Shown: positions 44,259 through 55,675 of the stretch, piece after piece
Numbering within the stretch: position 1 is the first letter of the stretch
How the letters are laid out: every line of letters begins with the position of its first letter
Assembly: GCA_963789955.1 (NCBI GenBank)
Contig: CAWBMV010000034.1
Span: 1,120,001 to 1,184,000, forward strand
Reading direction: 5' to 3'
Source: an uncultured Candidatus Rokubacteria bacterium
GTDB taxonomy: Bacteria > Methylomirabilota > Methylomirabilia > Rokubacteriales > CSP1-6
Length of the DNA: 64,000 nucleotides
Program-made: the position numbers and the translations under genes
The notes under the pieces: generated by a model
Seen by the model: the letters and a program-made list of their open reading frames with translations, nothing else
Databases searched by the model: none
What the model was told of the DNA's origin: nothing

Positions 44259-46570
44259 GTGGCCCAGCAACAGTCCGTCCAGATGCTCCAGGAGCGGCTA
44301 GCCTACGAGCAGAACCTCGTCCAGCTGGTCGATCGCATCCATTCCGCCAAGAGCATCGACAGCATCTTCATCGAGCTGCAGGGCGAGATCCTCGAGCTCC
44401 TCGACGCGGACCGGATGACGATCTATGCGGTCGACGCGGCCAAAAGTGAGCTCTACTCGAAGTTCCTGGCTCTCGATACCGTCAAGGAGATCCGCCTCCC
44501 GGTCAACGAGAAGAGCATCGCAGGCTACGTGGCCGCCTCCGCGCCGGATCGTCAACATCGCCGACGCCTATGACAAGGCCGAGCTGGCGCGAATCTCGCC
44601 CACCTTGAGCTTCGACGGATCCTGGGACAAGAAGACCGGCTTCAAGACCCAGCAGATCCTGGGCATGCCGATCCTGCACGACGGCAAGGCGATCGGGGTC
44701 ATCCAGCTCCTGAACAAGAAGCGGGGGGCCCGGTTCACCAAGGAAGACGAGACCGGAGCCTCGCGCATCGCCAAGACGCTCGGTATCGCCTTCAACAACC
44801 AGGCCCAGATCAGCCAGAGCCAGGAGCTGGCCCAGAGTCAGGCCAGACCCAAGACCAAGTTCGACTATCTCCTGGCCCAGCAGTCGGATCACGCAGGAGG
44901 AGCTCGCCTCGGCCGTCGCCGAGGCGCGCCGCCGCCAGAGCGACGTCGAGTCCATCCTGCTCGAGCAGTACAAGGTGCCGAGGGTCGATCTGGGGGTGTC
45001 GCTGAGCCAGTTCTACGAGTGCCCGTTCATCGAGTACGACGACAAGATCATCCCGCCGCCGGATCTGATGAAGGGGCTCCGGATCGAGTACCTGCGCCGC
45101 AACTTCTGGCTGCCGCTCCGGCGCGAGGACCACCACATCGTCGTGCTCATCGACAATCCGCAAGACCTGCAGCGCATCGACAGCGTCGCCCAGGCCCTGA
45201 AAAACCGGAAGATCAAGTGGGCGGTCGGGCTGCGAAAGGACATCCTGTCGTTCTTGGGTCAGGTGGGCGGCGGCGAGGCGGGCAAGGACTCGATCGGCAC
45301 GATCATCGGAGATCTGAGAGCCGAGGACGTCGGCGATACGCTCGACATGGGCGGCGGCGAGCTCGACGAGAACGACAGCGCCGTCATCCGCCTGGCGAAC
45401 CAGATCATCGTCGACGCGTACAAGGCGCGCGCCTCGGACATCCACATCGAGCCCTACGGCGCCCAGCGAGACACCGTCATCCGCTACCGGATCGATGGCG
45501 GCTGCGCGGAGTATCAGAAGATTCCGGGCGCCTACCGCCGGGCCATCGTGGCGCGCATCAAGATCATGGCCCAGCTCGACATCGCCGAGCGGCGCAAGCC
45601 GCAGGACGGCAAGATCAAGTTCAAGGTGGCCGATCGCGAGATCGAGCTGCGCGTGGCGACGATTCCGACCGCCAACCAGAACGAGGACGTGGTCATGCGC
45701 GTCCTCTCGTCGAGCGAGCTGATCCCCCTCGACAAGCTCGACATGACGCCGCGCAACGTGCGCGAGCTCAAGAAGGTCGCCGAGAAGCCGTACGGACTGA
45801 TCCTGTGCGTCGGGCCGACCGGCTCGGGCAAGACGACCACCCTGCATTCGCTCCTCGGCCACATCAACAAGCCCGACCGGAAGATCTGGACCGCCGAGGA
45901 CCCGGTCGAGATCACGCAGTACGGCCTTCGCCAGGTGCAGGTGATGCCGAAGATCGGCTTCGACTTCGCCGCCGCGATGCGCGCGTTCCTGCGCGCCGAT
46001 CCCGACGTGATCATGGTCGGCGAGATGCGCGACGAGGAGACGGCGGCGACCGGCATCGAGGCGTCGCTCACCGGCCATCTGGTGCTGAGCACCCTCCATA
46101 CCAACAGCGCCATCGAGACCATCATCCGCCTGCTCGACATGGGGCTCGATTCGTTCAACTTCGCCGACGCGCTGCTCGGTATCCTCGGCCAGCGGCTCGT
46201 CAAGCGCATCTGTAAGGACTGCCGCCAGGAATACCACCCCGAGCGCTCCGAGTACGACGAGCTGGCCGAGGCGTTCGGTGAAGAGGCCTTTGCAACCCTC
46301 AACCAGAAGTTCGACGGCTCGTTCGTCCTCTATCGCGGCAAAGGTTGCGCCTCGTGCAACAAGACCGGCTATCGCGGCCGCCTGGGTATCCACGAGCTCT
46401 TCATCGCGACCGACGAGATGAAGCGGCTCATCCAGTCGAAGGCGCGCGTGGCCGAGATGCTGGAGCAGGCCAAGGCCGAGGGCATGACGACGCTCGTGCA
46501 GGACGGCGTCCTCAAGACGCTCGGCGGTCTCACCGACTTCCGGCAGGTCAAGGCCGTCGCGATCAAGTAG
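44259..46570 (+). CDS. GAF domain fused to GspE/PilB secretion ATPase (frameshifts near 44540 and 44885)
   Basis: N-terminal GAF (KKTGFKTQQIL..PI), ASDIHIEP, PQDG, GPTGSGKTT, EDPVE, TGHLVLSTLHTN. Confidence 0.85.
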
Positions 46571-46713
46571 TCTCGAGCTGCTATCGCGCCGGCGCGATCG
46601 CGCCGGGCGTCTCTCGCGTAGCACTCCGATCGCATCCTCGTAGATCCCGCGCCGCACTCGGCGTTTGTCGAGCGGGCCTCTCGAAGAAGCCGTATTATCT
46701 GCGGCGAGGCCGG

Positions 46714-46740
46714 GTATGAGGAAGCGAGTAGACTTCATAC
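46714..46740. promoter_or_regulatory. NikR-like operator upstream of tonB
   Basis: GTATGA-N15-TCATAC perfect half-sites. Confidence 0.72.
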
Positions 46741-46786
46741 GTGTCCGTGGTCGCGCGAGCTAGCGCGGACAAGTACACTCGAGCGC

Positions 46787-47656
46787 ATGTCGTCGCTGTC
46801 GTTCGCCGTCGTCGGACCGCGCGGAGCGCTGGGGCGGGTGGTGTGGCCGCTGGCATGCTCGCTGGCGATTCATCTCGGGTTGGGCGCGATCGCCGTCCTT
46901 GCCGGCTCCGTGGAGCTGCCGTGGCTGCAACCGCCTCGCGCCGTGTGGCTCGACCTCGAGCCGATGGTCATTCCGGCGCCGCCGGCTCCCGCACCGCCCG
47001 CTCCGGTGACGCCGCCCCGCCCCGTCCGTCCGCCGGCGGTCGAGCCGCGCAAGGTTCCAGCGTCGTCGCCGGTATCGGAGCAACTGGTGGCGCCGCCGGC
47101 GCCGCCTCTGCCGTCGCCACCAGCGCGCGAGGTGACGGCGCCGGAGCCGCCGGCTCAGGCTCCGCCGAGCCCGCCGCAGACGGCCGTCGCCGTTGAGTCG
47201 CTGAAACCATCCGAGCCCGATCGCAGCGGAACGCCGCCGAGCACCGCGGCAGGCGAGAGGACTCCGATCGACGCGCAGCCGTCACGGGTCCCGCAAGAGC
47301 GCGCAGGCGAGGGAGCGGGAAGGTCCGCCGTCGCGTCGCGCACTCCCGACTCGGCTCCGGGGGGCCCGATCGTCCGGGCCGCTCGGCCGAAGGGCGGCTA
47401 CCAGGTGCGTCCCGTCTATCCGGAGTCGGCGCGGCGCGCCGGCATCCAGGGAACGACCCTGCTGCGGATCCACATCGAGGTGGACGGACATGTGAGCGAC
47501 GTCAGCGTCCAGCGGTCGGCGGGACACCAATCACTGGACGAGGCCGCGGCCGACGCCGTGCGGCGCTGGCGCTTCGAGCCCGCGCTCAACTCGGCGGGCC
47601 CGGTGTCGATGTGGGCCGTGGTTCCGGTCGAGTTTCGGATCAGCGACCGGGACTGA
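46787..47656 (+). CDS. tonB: TonB family energy transducer
   Basis: SLAIH TM anchor, Pro-rich linker, YPESARRAGIQG, SAGH..LDEAA, WRFEPA. Confidence 0.88.
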   Translation: MSSLSFAVVGPRGALGRVVWPLACSLAIHLGLGAIAVLAGSVELPWLQPPRAVWLDLEPMVIPAPPAPAPPAPVTPPRPVRPPAVEPRKVPASSPVSEQLVAPPAPPLPSPPAREVTAPEPPAQAPPSPPQTAVAVESLKPSEPDRSGTPPSTAAGERTPIDAQPSRVPQERAGEGAGRSAVASRTPDSAPGGPIVRAARPKGGYQVRPVYPESARRAGIQGTTLLRIHIEVDGHVSDVSVQRSAGHQSLDEAAADAVRRWRFEPALNSAGPVSMWAVVPVEFRISDRD

Positions 47657-47659
47657 CGT

Positions 47660-49726
47660 CTAGAAGCGGACCGCCAGACCGCCGAGCACCGTTCGCGGAT
47701 TTCCGGGCGTGTAGTGGATGTCCGGCACGCCGCCCGCCGGCTCTCCGGCCAGTCGTGACGTGAAGAAGAACTGTGCTTCACGGTACTCGGTGTTGGCGAG
47801 GTTCTCGATGCTGACGAACGCCTCGAGCCACTTGTAGCGATAGCGCGTGGTGAAATCGAACAGTAAATAGCCCCGCGCGGTCTGGTGCCGCTCCTCGTCG
47901 GCGTATCGGTCACCCAGGAAGCGCATGGCCAGACTGGACGAAAGTCCCCACGGCAGGCGGGCGGTCAGGTCGGCGCGAGACGTCAACAGCGGAGCGAGCG
48001 GAATCGCCCCGCCCGTGTCGAATTCGGCCTTGGCCGCGGTGACGTCTCCCGAGAACGTGAGCCAGTCCAGAATCTTCACGCGCATCGCGAACTCGATGCC
48101 GTCACGATGGCTCGGCCCGCGGGCTTCGGTGGTGCCGTCGTCGCCGACGAAGACCAGCTCGCTGGCGAGGTCGATCACCCAGTAGGTCAGCGACAGCTCG
48201 GTTCGCGGGATCGCCTTGCTCCTCAGACCGAACTCGTAGCCCTGCGCGGTCGGCAGGGCCGTCAAGTTGGGATCGGAGATGACCGCCCGCGCGTCGTTGC
48301 TGTGGTAGCCGGTTCCGAAATTCGCGAAGAACTCGGTCTGGTACCACGGGCCGAGGGCGAGGTTCGCCTTGACGTTGGGTCGCGCCTTCGTGACCCGGCC
48401 GTTCAGATCGTCGCCCGTCGTGTTGACCCGCGAGTGCACGTCGTAGGTGAAGATGTCGCCCCGCGCCCCCGTGACGAATCGCAGCCACGGCAGCGGCACG
48501 ACGTCGAACTTCACGAACGGCGAGTACGACTGCTCGACGATCGAGACGTCCTGCGTCCGCGCGAGCTGATGGCGCTGAACGGACGTGGCGAGCACCACGC
48601 GCGGCGTGTCGATACGATACTGGAAGCCGGCCGAGCTGGTCAGGCTGACGCCGAACGGGCGCGTCTGGTACTGGTAGAGCGCGTCGAAGCCGGCCATGAA
48701 GCGCCGGTCGCGCTGGTTGATCTCGTCGCCGTTCTGCGGGTCGTTCAGGAAGAACGTGAAGTCGTTGAAGAGATCGAGCTCGTAGTACGTGCCATACGTG
48801 TGCACGGTGACGAGCTGGTTCTCGTCGAGCTTCCAGCGCCAGTCGACGTTGAGGTTGGCGCGCTGAGTGCTGCCGCCTTCGTTGGGGTCGATGGAGCCGA
48901 AACGAGAGATGAGACCGGCCCGAACCGCCCGCGCCGGGATCTCCCCCGAGCCGTGCCAGTCGGCCATGTAGTAGGACGCCCACACCGCCAGGTCCATGCC
49001 CTCGGCCAGGGTCGCCTTGGCCTTCGCGAACAGATTGAAGCGCTCGTAGCCGTTGGGATGCTCGAAGGGCCCGTCGCTCCGGTAGTACTCGATCGCGACG
49101 AGCGTCTTCAGCGCGTCACGCGTCGGAGAGATGAGCGTCAGGTAGCGCTGGGTGCCCCACGAGCCGCCGGCCGCCTCTGCGTAGTTCTCGTCGACGGTGT
49201 CGCGCATGACGAAGTTGAAGGCGCCCGCGGTCGCGAAGTCGCCGAACTCGACGAAGTAGGGACCCTTGAAGCCGTCGAGCCGCTGGACGGTCTCGGGAAT
49301 CAGAAAATGGAGATCGGCGTAGCCCTGGCCGTGCGCGTGACTGCGCAGGTTGACGGGCAGCCCGTCGATGTAGAGCGCCACGTCGGTCCCGTGGTCGGCG
49401 TCGAAGCCGCGCAGGAAGTACTGCTCGGCCTTGCCGCCGCCCTGGTGCTGGCTGATCACGAACCCGGGCACGAGGCGCAGGATGTCGGCGGGCCGACCCT
49501 CGGGGCGCAGCTGGAAATCGCGTCCGGGGATGAAGACCTCCGACGACGACGAGACCGGCGGCGGCGCCGTCACGACCACCGGCGCCAACGTCGGCTCCTC
49601 GGGCCGCGCCGGCGGCTCCTCGGGCTTCGGCGCCGGCTCCTGCGCCGACACCCCGTGCGCCATCGACAAGCCAATCAGCAAGGCGACGCCGGCGAGCCGG
49701 CGACGAGAAATCGGAGTCGAGAGCAC
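47660..49726 (-). CDS. TonB-dependent receptor (probable nickel uptake; start uncertain)
   Basis: Signal peptide, VVVTA box, QHQGGGKAEQYFLRGFDADHGTD, HAHGQGY, NL.N..Y, C-terminal F. Confidence 0.88.
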   Translation of the reverse strand: MLSTPISRRRLAGVALLIGLSMAHGVSAQEPAPKPEEPPARPEEPTLAPVVVTAPPPVSSSSEVFIPGRDFQLRPEGRPADILRLVPGFVISQHQGGGKAEQYFLRGFDADHGTDVALYIDGLPVNLRSHAHGQGYADLHFLIPETVQRLDGFKGPYFVEFGDFATAGAFNFVMRDTVDENYAEAAGGSWGTQRYLTLISPTRDALKTLVAIEYYRSDGPFEHPNGYERFNLFAKAKATLAEGMDLAVWASYYMADWHGSGEIPARAVRAGLISRFGSIDPNEGGSTQRANLNVDWRWKLDENQLVTVHTYGTYYELDLFNDFTFFLNDPQNGDEINQRDRRFMAGFDALYQYQTRPFGVSLTSSAGFQYRIDTPRVVLATSVQRHQLARTQDVSIVEQSYSPFVKFDVVPLPWLRFVTGARGDIFTYDVHSRVNTTGDDLNGRVTKARPNVKANLALGPWYQTEFFANFGTGYHSNDARAVISDPNLTALPTAQGYEFGLRSKAIPRTELSLTYWVIDLASELVFVGDDGTTEARGPSHRDGIEFAMRVKILDWLTFSGDVTAAKAEFDTGGAIPLAPLLTSRADLTARLPWGLSSSLAMRFLGDRYADEERHQTARGYLLFDFTTRYRYKWLEAFVSIENLANTEYREAQFFFTSRLAGEPAGGVPDIHYTPGNPRTVLGGLAVRF

Positions 49727-49753
49727 GTATGAACATTTTCCGGAAGGTAATAC
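49727..49753. promoter_or_regulatory. NikR-like operator between divergent receptor and nikR
   Basis: GTATGA-N15-TAATAC. Confidence 0.7.
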
Positions 49754-49790
49754 CACACGAGCACGGGCTGATCCAGTACATTCCCGATCC

Positions 49791-50217
49791 ATGGACGAAG
49801 AACGGGCCGTCCGGTTCACGGTCTCACTGCCGGCGCGGCTGATGCGGACGTTGGACCGGCTGGCCGCCGGCCGGCGCTATAGCAATCGCAGCGAGTTCGT
49901 GCGCGACCTGCTCCGGGGTGAGCTCGTGAAAGAGGAGTGGGCGGCGCTGCCGGGCGAGACGGTCGGCGTGCTGACCCTCGTCTACGACCACGAGACGCAC
50001 GCGCTCGCGGACAAGCTCACCGACATCCAGCACCACGGCTTCCGCTCGATCACCGCGAGCCTGCACGTCCACCTCGATGAGCACTCCTGCCTCGAGGTCA
50101 TCGCGCTGCGTGGCTCGTCACGACGCATTCGGGCAGATCGCCAACGAGCTGCTGGCGGTCAAAGGCGTTCGCTACGGACAGCTCGTGCCGGCTACTCGCG
50201 GCAAGCGCCTGACCTAG
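49791..50217 (+). CDS. nikR: Nickel-responsive ribbon-helix-helix regulator (frameshift near 50131)
   Basis: RFTVSL, Y.NRSE.VRDL, YDH, QH, HVHLDEHSCLEV; KGVRYG in shifted frame. Confidence 0.9.
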
Positions 50218-50225
50218 CTCTTCGC

Positions 50226-50379
50226 TGGAGGCGGCCGGGTGGGCGGGGCCGTGGGGGCGCTTCCCGGGATCCGACTGCTGACTCCGCGTGGGGCTCGACT
50301 TGGGTGCGCCTCGCGTGGGCGAGCGCTGACTACACGGATCCCGGGAAGCACCCCACCCCGGCCCCGCCCGACCCGGCCG
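50226..50379. repeat. Palindromic intergenic element, copy 2 (inverted relative to copy 1)
   Basis: Arms 50232-50273 and 50335-50379; shares cccgggatccgtgtag.cagcg, cagcagtcggatcccggga and acccggccgcctcca with copy 1. Confidence 0.8.
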
Positions 50380-50562
50380 GCTGTCGCGCGAGCTTGGTCG
50401 TGGCTTGACCGTGCGTGGTCGGACGGGACACGATCCCGAGGCTTGTCGCGTAGATCAGGACGAGACGTCGATCGCGGTGACGCGTGGTTGCGGGAAGTTC
50501 GCTTCGGCGATGGTCTTCTGCGATCGTCTTGGGGATCGACCTCTTGTCGCGGGGAGAGTTGA

Positions 50563-51786
50563 GTGGACTGGAAGGTGAGGGTCTGTGCGTCGGTGGACGA
50601 GATGCGGGCGGCGGTGAGCCCGATCTGGCATTACTTCGGACGCACCGGGCCGAATGACGATCAGATCGACGGCTCTCGCGCGTGTCCTGCCCGCGGAACG
50701 TGTGCATGCCGTCTGGGACGACGGCCATCGCGTGTGGGCGGCGCCGGCGCGTTTCCGTTTACGTTGACCGTGCCCGGCGGACGCGTGCGCGCGGCCGGCG
50801 TGACCGTCGTCGGCGTTCTCCCGACTCATCGCCGGCGCGGTGTCCTGCGTTCGATGATGCGTGCGCAGCTCGACGCGTGCCGGGCGCACGGCGACGTCGG
50901 TCGCCTACCTGTGGGCCACCGAGGACACGCATCTACGGTCGCTTCGGCTACGGCCTGGCGTCGTACTCTGGCTGGAGATCGATCTTGCGCGCGAGCGATC
51001 GGCCTACTACGCCCCGGCCGAGCCGCTTGGACAGGCGCGACTCGTCCCGCTCGCAGCAGCCGAGCCTCTCGTCGCGGCGGTGTGGGAACGCGTCGCAGCC
51101 GTCACGCCGGGCATGTTCGCGCGGACATCCGCCTGGTGGCAGGCGCGCTCACTGGCCGATCCCGACTGGCGACGACGCGGCGGCGGCGACCTGCAGTGCG
51201 CCGTCCTCGAGGCCAGCGGCCAGTCGACGGCGTACGCGCTCTATCGTCTCAGCGCGGCGTACGACCGCGGCGTGCGACCGGGTCGCTCGACGTCGTCGAG
51301 GCGATGGGCGACTCGCCCGAAGCGACGCGCGCGATCTGGCGCTTCCTGCTCGACGTCGACTTGGTCGCGCGCGTAAGGGCGACGATCTTGCCGATCGATC
51401 ATCCGCTTCTTCTGCTGGTGGCCGAGCCGCGTCGGCTCCGCGCGAGCATGCGCGACGGACTCTGGGTTCGGCTCGTGGACGTCGGTGCCGCGCTGGCGGC
51501 GCGTTCGTACGGGGCGGGGGACTCCATCGTCGTCGAGGTGGCCGATGAGTTCTGCCCGTGGAACCGGGGCCGGTGGCGTGTGGGCCGGCCGGCGTCGGGC
51601 GCACGAACGATCCGGCCGAGCTCTCGTGCGACGTCACCGCGCTCGGCTCCGTCTATCTCGGGGGGCTGACGTGGGCGCAGCTCGCCCGCTCGCTGCGCGT
51701 CGCGGAGCTTCGACCCGGTGCGTTCAAGCGCGCCGACGCGCTCTTCCGCGCTCGACTCCGCGCCCTGGTGCCCTGAGATTTTCTGA
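50563..51786 (+). CDS. Eis-like GNAT acetyltransferase (many frameshifts)
   Basis: VGVLPTHRRRGVL, IYGRFGYG, DGLWVRLVDV..AL.AR.Y, LGSVYLGG, WCPEIF C-terminus. Confidence 0.8.
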
Positions 51787-51822
51787 CGCGCTCGGCGAAC
51801 CCACCGCCGGGGCGCGCCAGCG

Positions 51823-53125
51823 CTACTTCATCGTTCGCGGGATGAAGAGCGCGAGATCGGGAAAGAGCATCAGCAGGGCGAGCAGGAGCGCCATCGCGGC
51901 CAGGAACGGGGCGGTGCCGACGAACACGCCCTGGATCGACACGTCCTTCGACATGCCCGAGATCACGAAGACGTTCATGCCGACCGGAGGCGTGATGAGG
52001 CCCACCTCGACCAGGATGACCAGCACCACGCCGAACCAGATCGGGTCGTAGCCGAGCGCCTGGATGACGGGAAAGAAGATGGGCACGGTCAGGAGCACCA
52101 TCGCCAGGCTGTCCATCAGCCCGCCGAGGATCACGTAGGTGACGATGATGAAGATCATCACCCACGTCGCCGAGACCGGCAGGCCCGAGAAGAACGACGC
52201 GAGCGCCATCGGCACCTTCGTGACCGCCATGAAGTAGCCGAGGACGATCGCGCCGATGAGGATGCCGAAGATCATCGCGGTCGTCGTCGTGGTCGCGACC
52301 AGCGCTTCCGTCAGCGATCGCCGCGTCACTCTTGCCGCGGGCCGCCGCGAAGAGAAACGCGCCGAACGCGCCGACGGCGGCGGCTTCCGTCGCGGTGAAG
52401 ACGCCGAGATACATCCCGCCGATGACGACGAAGAAGAGCGCGATGACCGCCCACACCCGGCGCAGCGCTGCGAGCCGCTCGAGGAACGGGGTACGGACCA
52501 CGGCCGGCCCCAGCGCCGGATTGACCCAGGTGACGACGGCAATGGTGACGACGAAGAGCGCCACGAGCAGGATGCCCGGGGCGATCCCGGCCAGGAAGAG
52601 CTTGCCGATCGACTGCTCGGTCAGGAATCCGTAGATCAGGAACATGACGCTCGGCGGGATCAGAATGCCGAGCGTGCCGCCGGCCGCCACGCAGCCGGTG
52701 GCCAGCTTGGCGTTGTAGCCGACCTTGCGCATCTCCGGGAGCGCGATCGTGCCCATCGTGGCGGCGGTGGCCAGGCTCGAGCCGCAGATGGCCGCAAAGC
52801 CGCCGCACGCGACGACGGTGGCCATCGCGAGCCCGCCGCGAAAGTGACCGAACCACCGGTTGGCCGTGTCGTAAAGCTCCTGGCTCAGGCCGGCCATCGT
52901 CGCGAAGTGCCCCATCAACACGAAGAGCGGTAGCACGGTCAGCGTGAAGGAGGCGACGTTTCCGTAGGGCACGAGGCCGAGCATCGCCAGCGCGGCCTGC
53001 CAGCCACTGAGATACGCGAAGCCGAAGAAGCCCACGACGCCCATCGAGACGCCGATGGGGACACGGAGTGCCATCAACACGAGCATGGCCACGATGCCGA
53101 GCGTGCCGATGCCGGTGGCGGTCAC
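51823..53125 (-). CDS. dctM: TRAP transporter large permease (frameshift near 52330)
   Basis: LPLFVLMG, GSSLATAA, GGTLGILIPPS, DPIWFG, GLITPPVGMN. Confidence 0.88.
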
Positions 53126-53602
53126 GGTCGGCGCAGCCGCTTGAGCGCGGCGAACGTTCGCGCGAGCAGCGCGAGCGTGAAGAGCAGCGTCCCGATGACG
53201 GCGACCCACACGAACGGCCCGATCGGCAGACCGAGATTCGGCGTGGTCTCGCCGGCTCCCCAGACGTTCTGGGCGTGGAGCGCCGTCGCGCCAGGTGATC
53301 GCGCCCCAGAACGCCGCGCTCAGGAGCGCCGCGAAGGTCTCGCTCAGCGCGCGGCCGCGCGGCGGCAGCTTGGCCACGAGCACGTCGATGTCGACGTGCC
53401 CGTTCCTGAGCTCGGTGACGGCGAAGGCGCCGAAGACGAGGAACACCATGAACAGCTCGCTGAGCTCGAGGGCCCCGGGCAGCGGACGATTGAAGAGGTA
53501 GCGCCCGCCGACGTCGATGACGGTGATCACGGTCATGGCGACGAGCGCGACGAGGCTCACCACGTTCGCGACGCCGATCGCGCCGCGGAGGAGCGCGCCC
53601 AC
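53122..53602 (-). CDS. dctQ: TRAP transporter small permease (frameshift near 53285)
   Basis: DVGGRYLFNRP..GALE, HVDID. Confidence 0.82.
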
Positions 53603-53612
53603 CGTCAGCTCT

Positions 53613-54649
53613 TCACGGATCGTAGCGCTTGATCGCCTCGCGCAGATCCGTCAGGATCTGCCGCGCGGGCAGCCCCTTGGACTCCATGCTGGTCAGCCAC
53701 TCGTCCTCGACCGGCTTGAGCTTGGCGGCCCAGCGCGCCCGCTCGTCGGCGAGGCACGGTGTAGATCGTCGCGCCGACCTTCTTGGCCGCGGCGATGCCC
53801 TCGAGCTCGTTCTTGTCCCAGACCGCTGCCGGTGAACTCGGCGCCCCAGGCGCCGCTCAGATCGTCGATGACCTTGCGGAGGTCCGGCGGCAGGCTGTCG
53901 TACTTCTGCTGGTTCATGATCGTCATGAGCGGGGTGGCATAGAGATCCACCACCGTGTGATGGCGCAGGACTTCGGACAGCTTGAACGAGTACACCGCCT
54001 CCCACGGGAAGATGGTCCCATCGACGACGCCGCGCTCGAGGGCGTTGTAGGCCTCGGGTGCCGGGATCGTGACGGGTGTGGCGCCGAGCGCCTTGACCAT
54101 CGCGACGGTCCACGGCGTCGCCGACCGGATCTTGAGCCCGACGAGGTCCTCGGGAGTGTGAACCGCCTTCTTGGCCATGTGGAACTGCCCGGGCGGATGC
54201 ACCCAGATCCAGAGCATCTTGATCCCGCCGAACTCCGCCTTCAGATCTTTGTCGTAGATGGACCACACCGCCTGGCTGCCGCCCTTGGCCGACTTGAACA
54301 GCAGCGGCAATTCGGTGACCGTGCTGCGCGGGAATCGCCCGGGCGTATACCCGAGGGCCGCGAAGCCCATGTCGGCGATGCCGTTCTTCACGAGGTCCCA
54401 GTGGTCGGAGGCCTTGCCGAGCGTCGAGCCCGGGTAGATCGTCACCTTGAGTCGGCCCCCGCTCTTCTCCTCGATCATCTTGCTCCAGGGGACCAGCACG
54501 CCGGTGTGGTGGCCGTGGCCGACGCCGACCCAGCTCGAGAATTTCAGCTCGATCGGCTGCACTTTGTCCTGCGCCGCGATCGGCGCGGATGCGAGGCAGG
54601 CGAGCGCCACGGTCAACGTCAGGGCCAGACCCATCCATCGAGTTCTCAT
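53613..54649 (-). CDS. dctP: TRAP transporter substrate-binding protein (3' frameshifts)
   Basis: Signal peptide, SGGRLK, YTPGRFP, DL.GLKIR, ALERGVVDG, YDSLPPD. Confidence 0.88.
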
Positions 54650-54836
54650 TCTCGGTCTCCTTTGGGGGCTCGAGTTCGGCGCCTGAGATTACCAAAACTC
54701 TGCGCGTTCGTCGGGCAACTTCTGGGTGTCGCCGTTCGCCGGCCTCGGCGCCGCTCCACGGCCGGCCGACTGTCGCGATCGAGGAAGTAGTTGATCCACG
54801 AGACTCGTGTCGCGCAGCCGGCGATCGGGAGGCGGC

Positions 54837-55499
54837 ATGAATCCGGCCGCTGGAACGCCGTTCGCGCGCCAGTCGAATCTCGACATCAAGACGGGCCAGC
54901 TGATCCCGCAGGGCGATCGACGGATGGTCTACCAGCTCGCGAACATGCTCTGGCACAGCGACAGCTCGTTCAAGACGGTGCCGGCGCTCTGCTCGCTGCT
55001 CTCGGCGCGGATCATCCCGCCGGAGGGCGGTGCCACCGAGTTCGCCGGCATGCGCGCCGGCGACGCGGCGTTGCCGGAGGCGACGAAGCGGCGGATCGAG
55101 ACCCTCGTGGTCGTTCACGACTTCGCGTGGTCGCGGGATCAGGTCCAGGCCGGATTCTTCATCGAGCGCGAGCGCGCGGAGTATCCGCCGGTGCGCCATC
55201 CGCTCGTGCGCGCGAACCCCGTCAACGGGCGGCGAGCGCTCTTCATGGGCGCTCACGCCTCGCATATCGAGGGCATGACGATCGCGGAGGGGCGCGCGCT
55301 GTTGAAGGAGCTTCTGGATCGCGCCACGCAGCCCGCGTTCGTCTACCGTCACGAGTGGCGCGAAGGCGACCTGGTCGTGTGGGACAACCGCAGCGTGTTG
55401 CACCGCGCCACGCCCTACGACACCGTGCGCTACAAGCGATTGATGCAGCGCACGACGATCTCGGGCGATCCTGCCGAAATCGCTGCCGTCGCGGGCTAG
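54837..55499 (+). CDS. TauD/TfdA family 2-oxoglutarate dioxygenase, apparently N-terminally short
   Basis: WHSDSS, GG.TEFA, HPLVR, WDNRSVLHRA; SD gggagg before ATG 54837. Confidence 0.78.
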   Translation: MNPAAGTPFARQSNLDIKTGQLIPQGDRRMVYQLANMLWHSDSSFKTVPALCSLLSARIIPPEGGATEFAGMRAGDAALPEATKRRIETLVVVHDFAWSRDQVQAGFFIERERAEYPPVRHPLVRANPVNGRRALFMGAHASHIEGMTIAEGRALLKELLDRATQPAFVYRHEWREGDLVVWDNRSVLHRATPYDTVRYKRLMQRTTISGDPAEIAAVAG

Positions 55500-55675
55500 C
55501 GTAGTCTCCGCATCTCCGTCGTGGTCGCCGCGCTCCGTAGGTGCTCCTGTTGCGCGCCGGTGACGATCGCTCGCACCCGGGCGTAGTATGAACATGAGCC
55601 GAGCTCGACGAAGCTCGCGGCCGTGTCGTGAGCGAGGCGAGAAAACAAGAAGACCACGGACGCAGGAGGTGAGAC

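Noticed and set aside
51653..53602. DctQ-DctM fusion
   Set aside because: The join passes through off-frame text and a GTGA stop/start overlap exists at 53122-53125; likely an indel artefact
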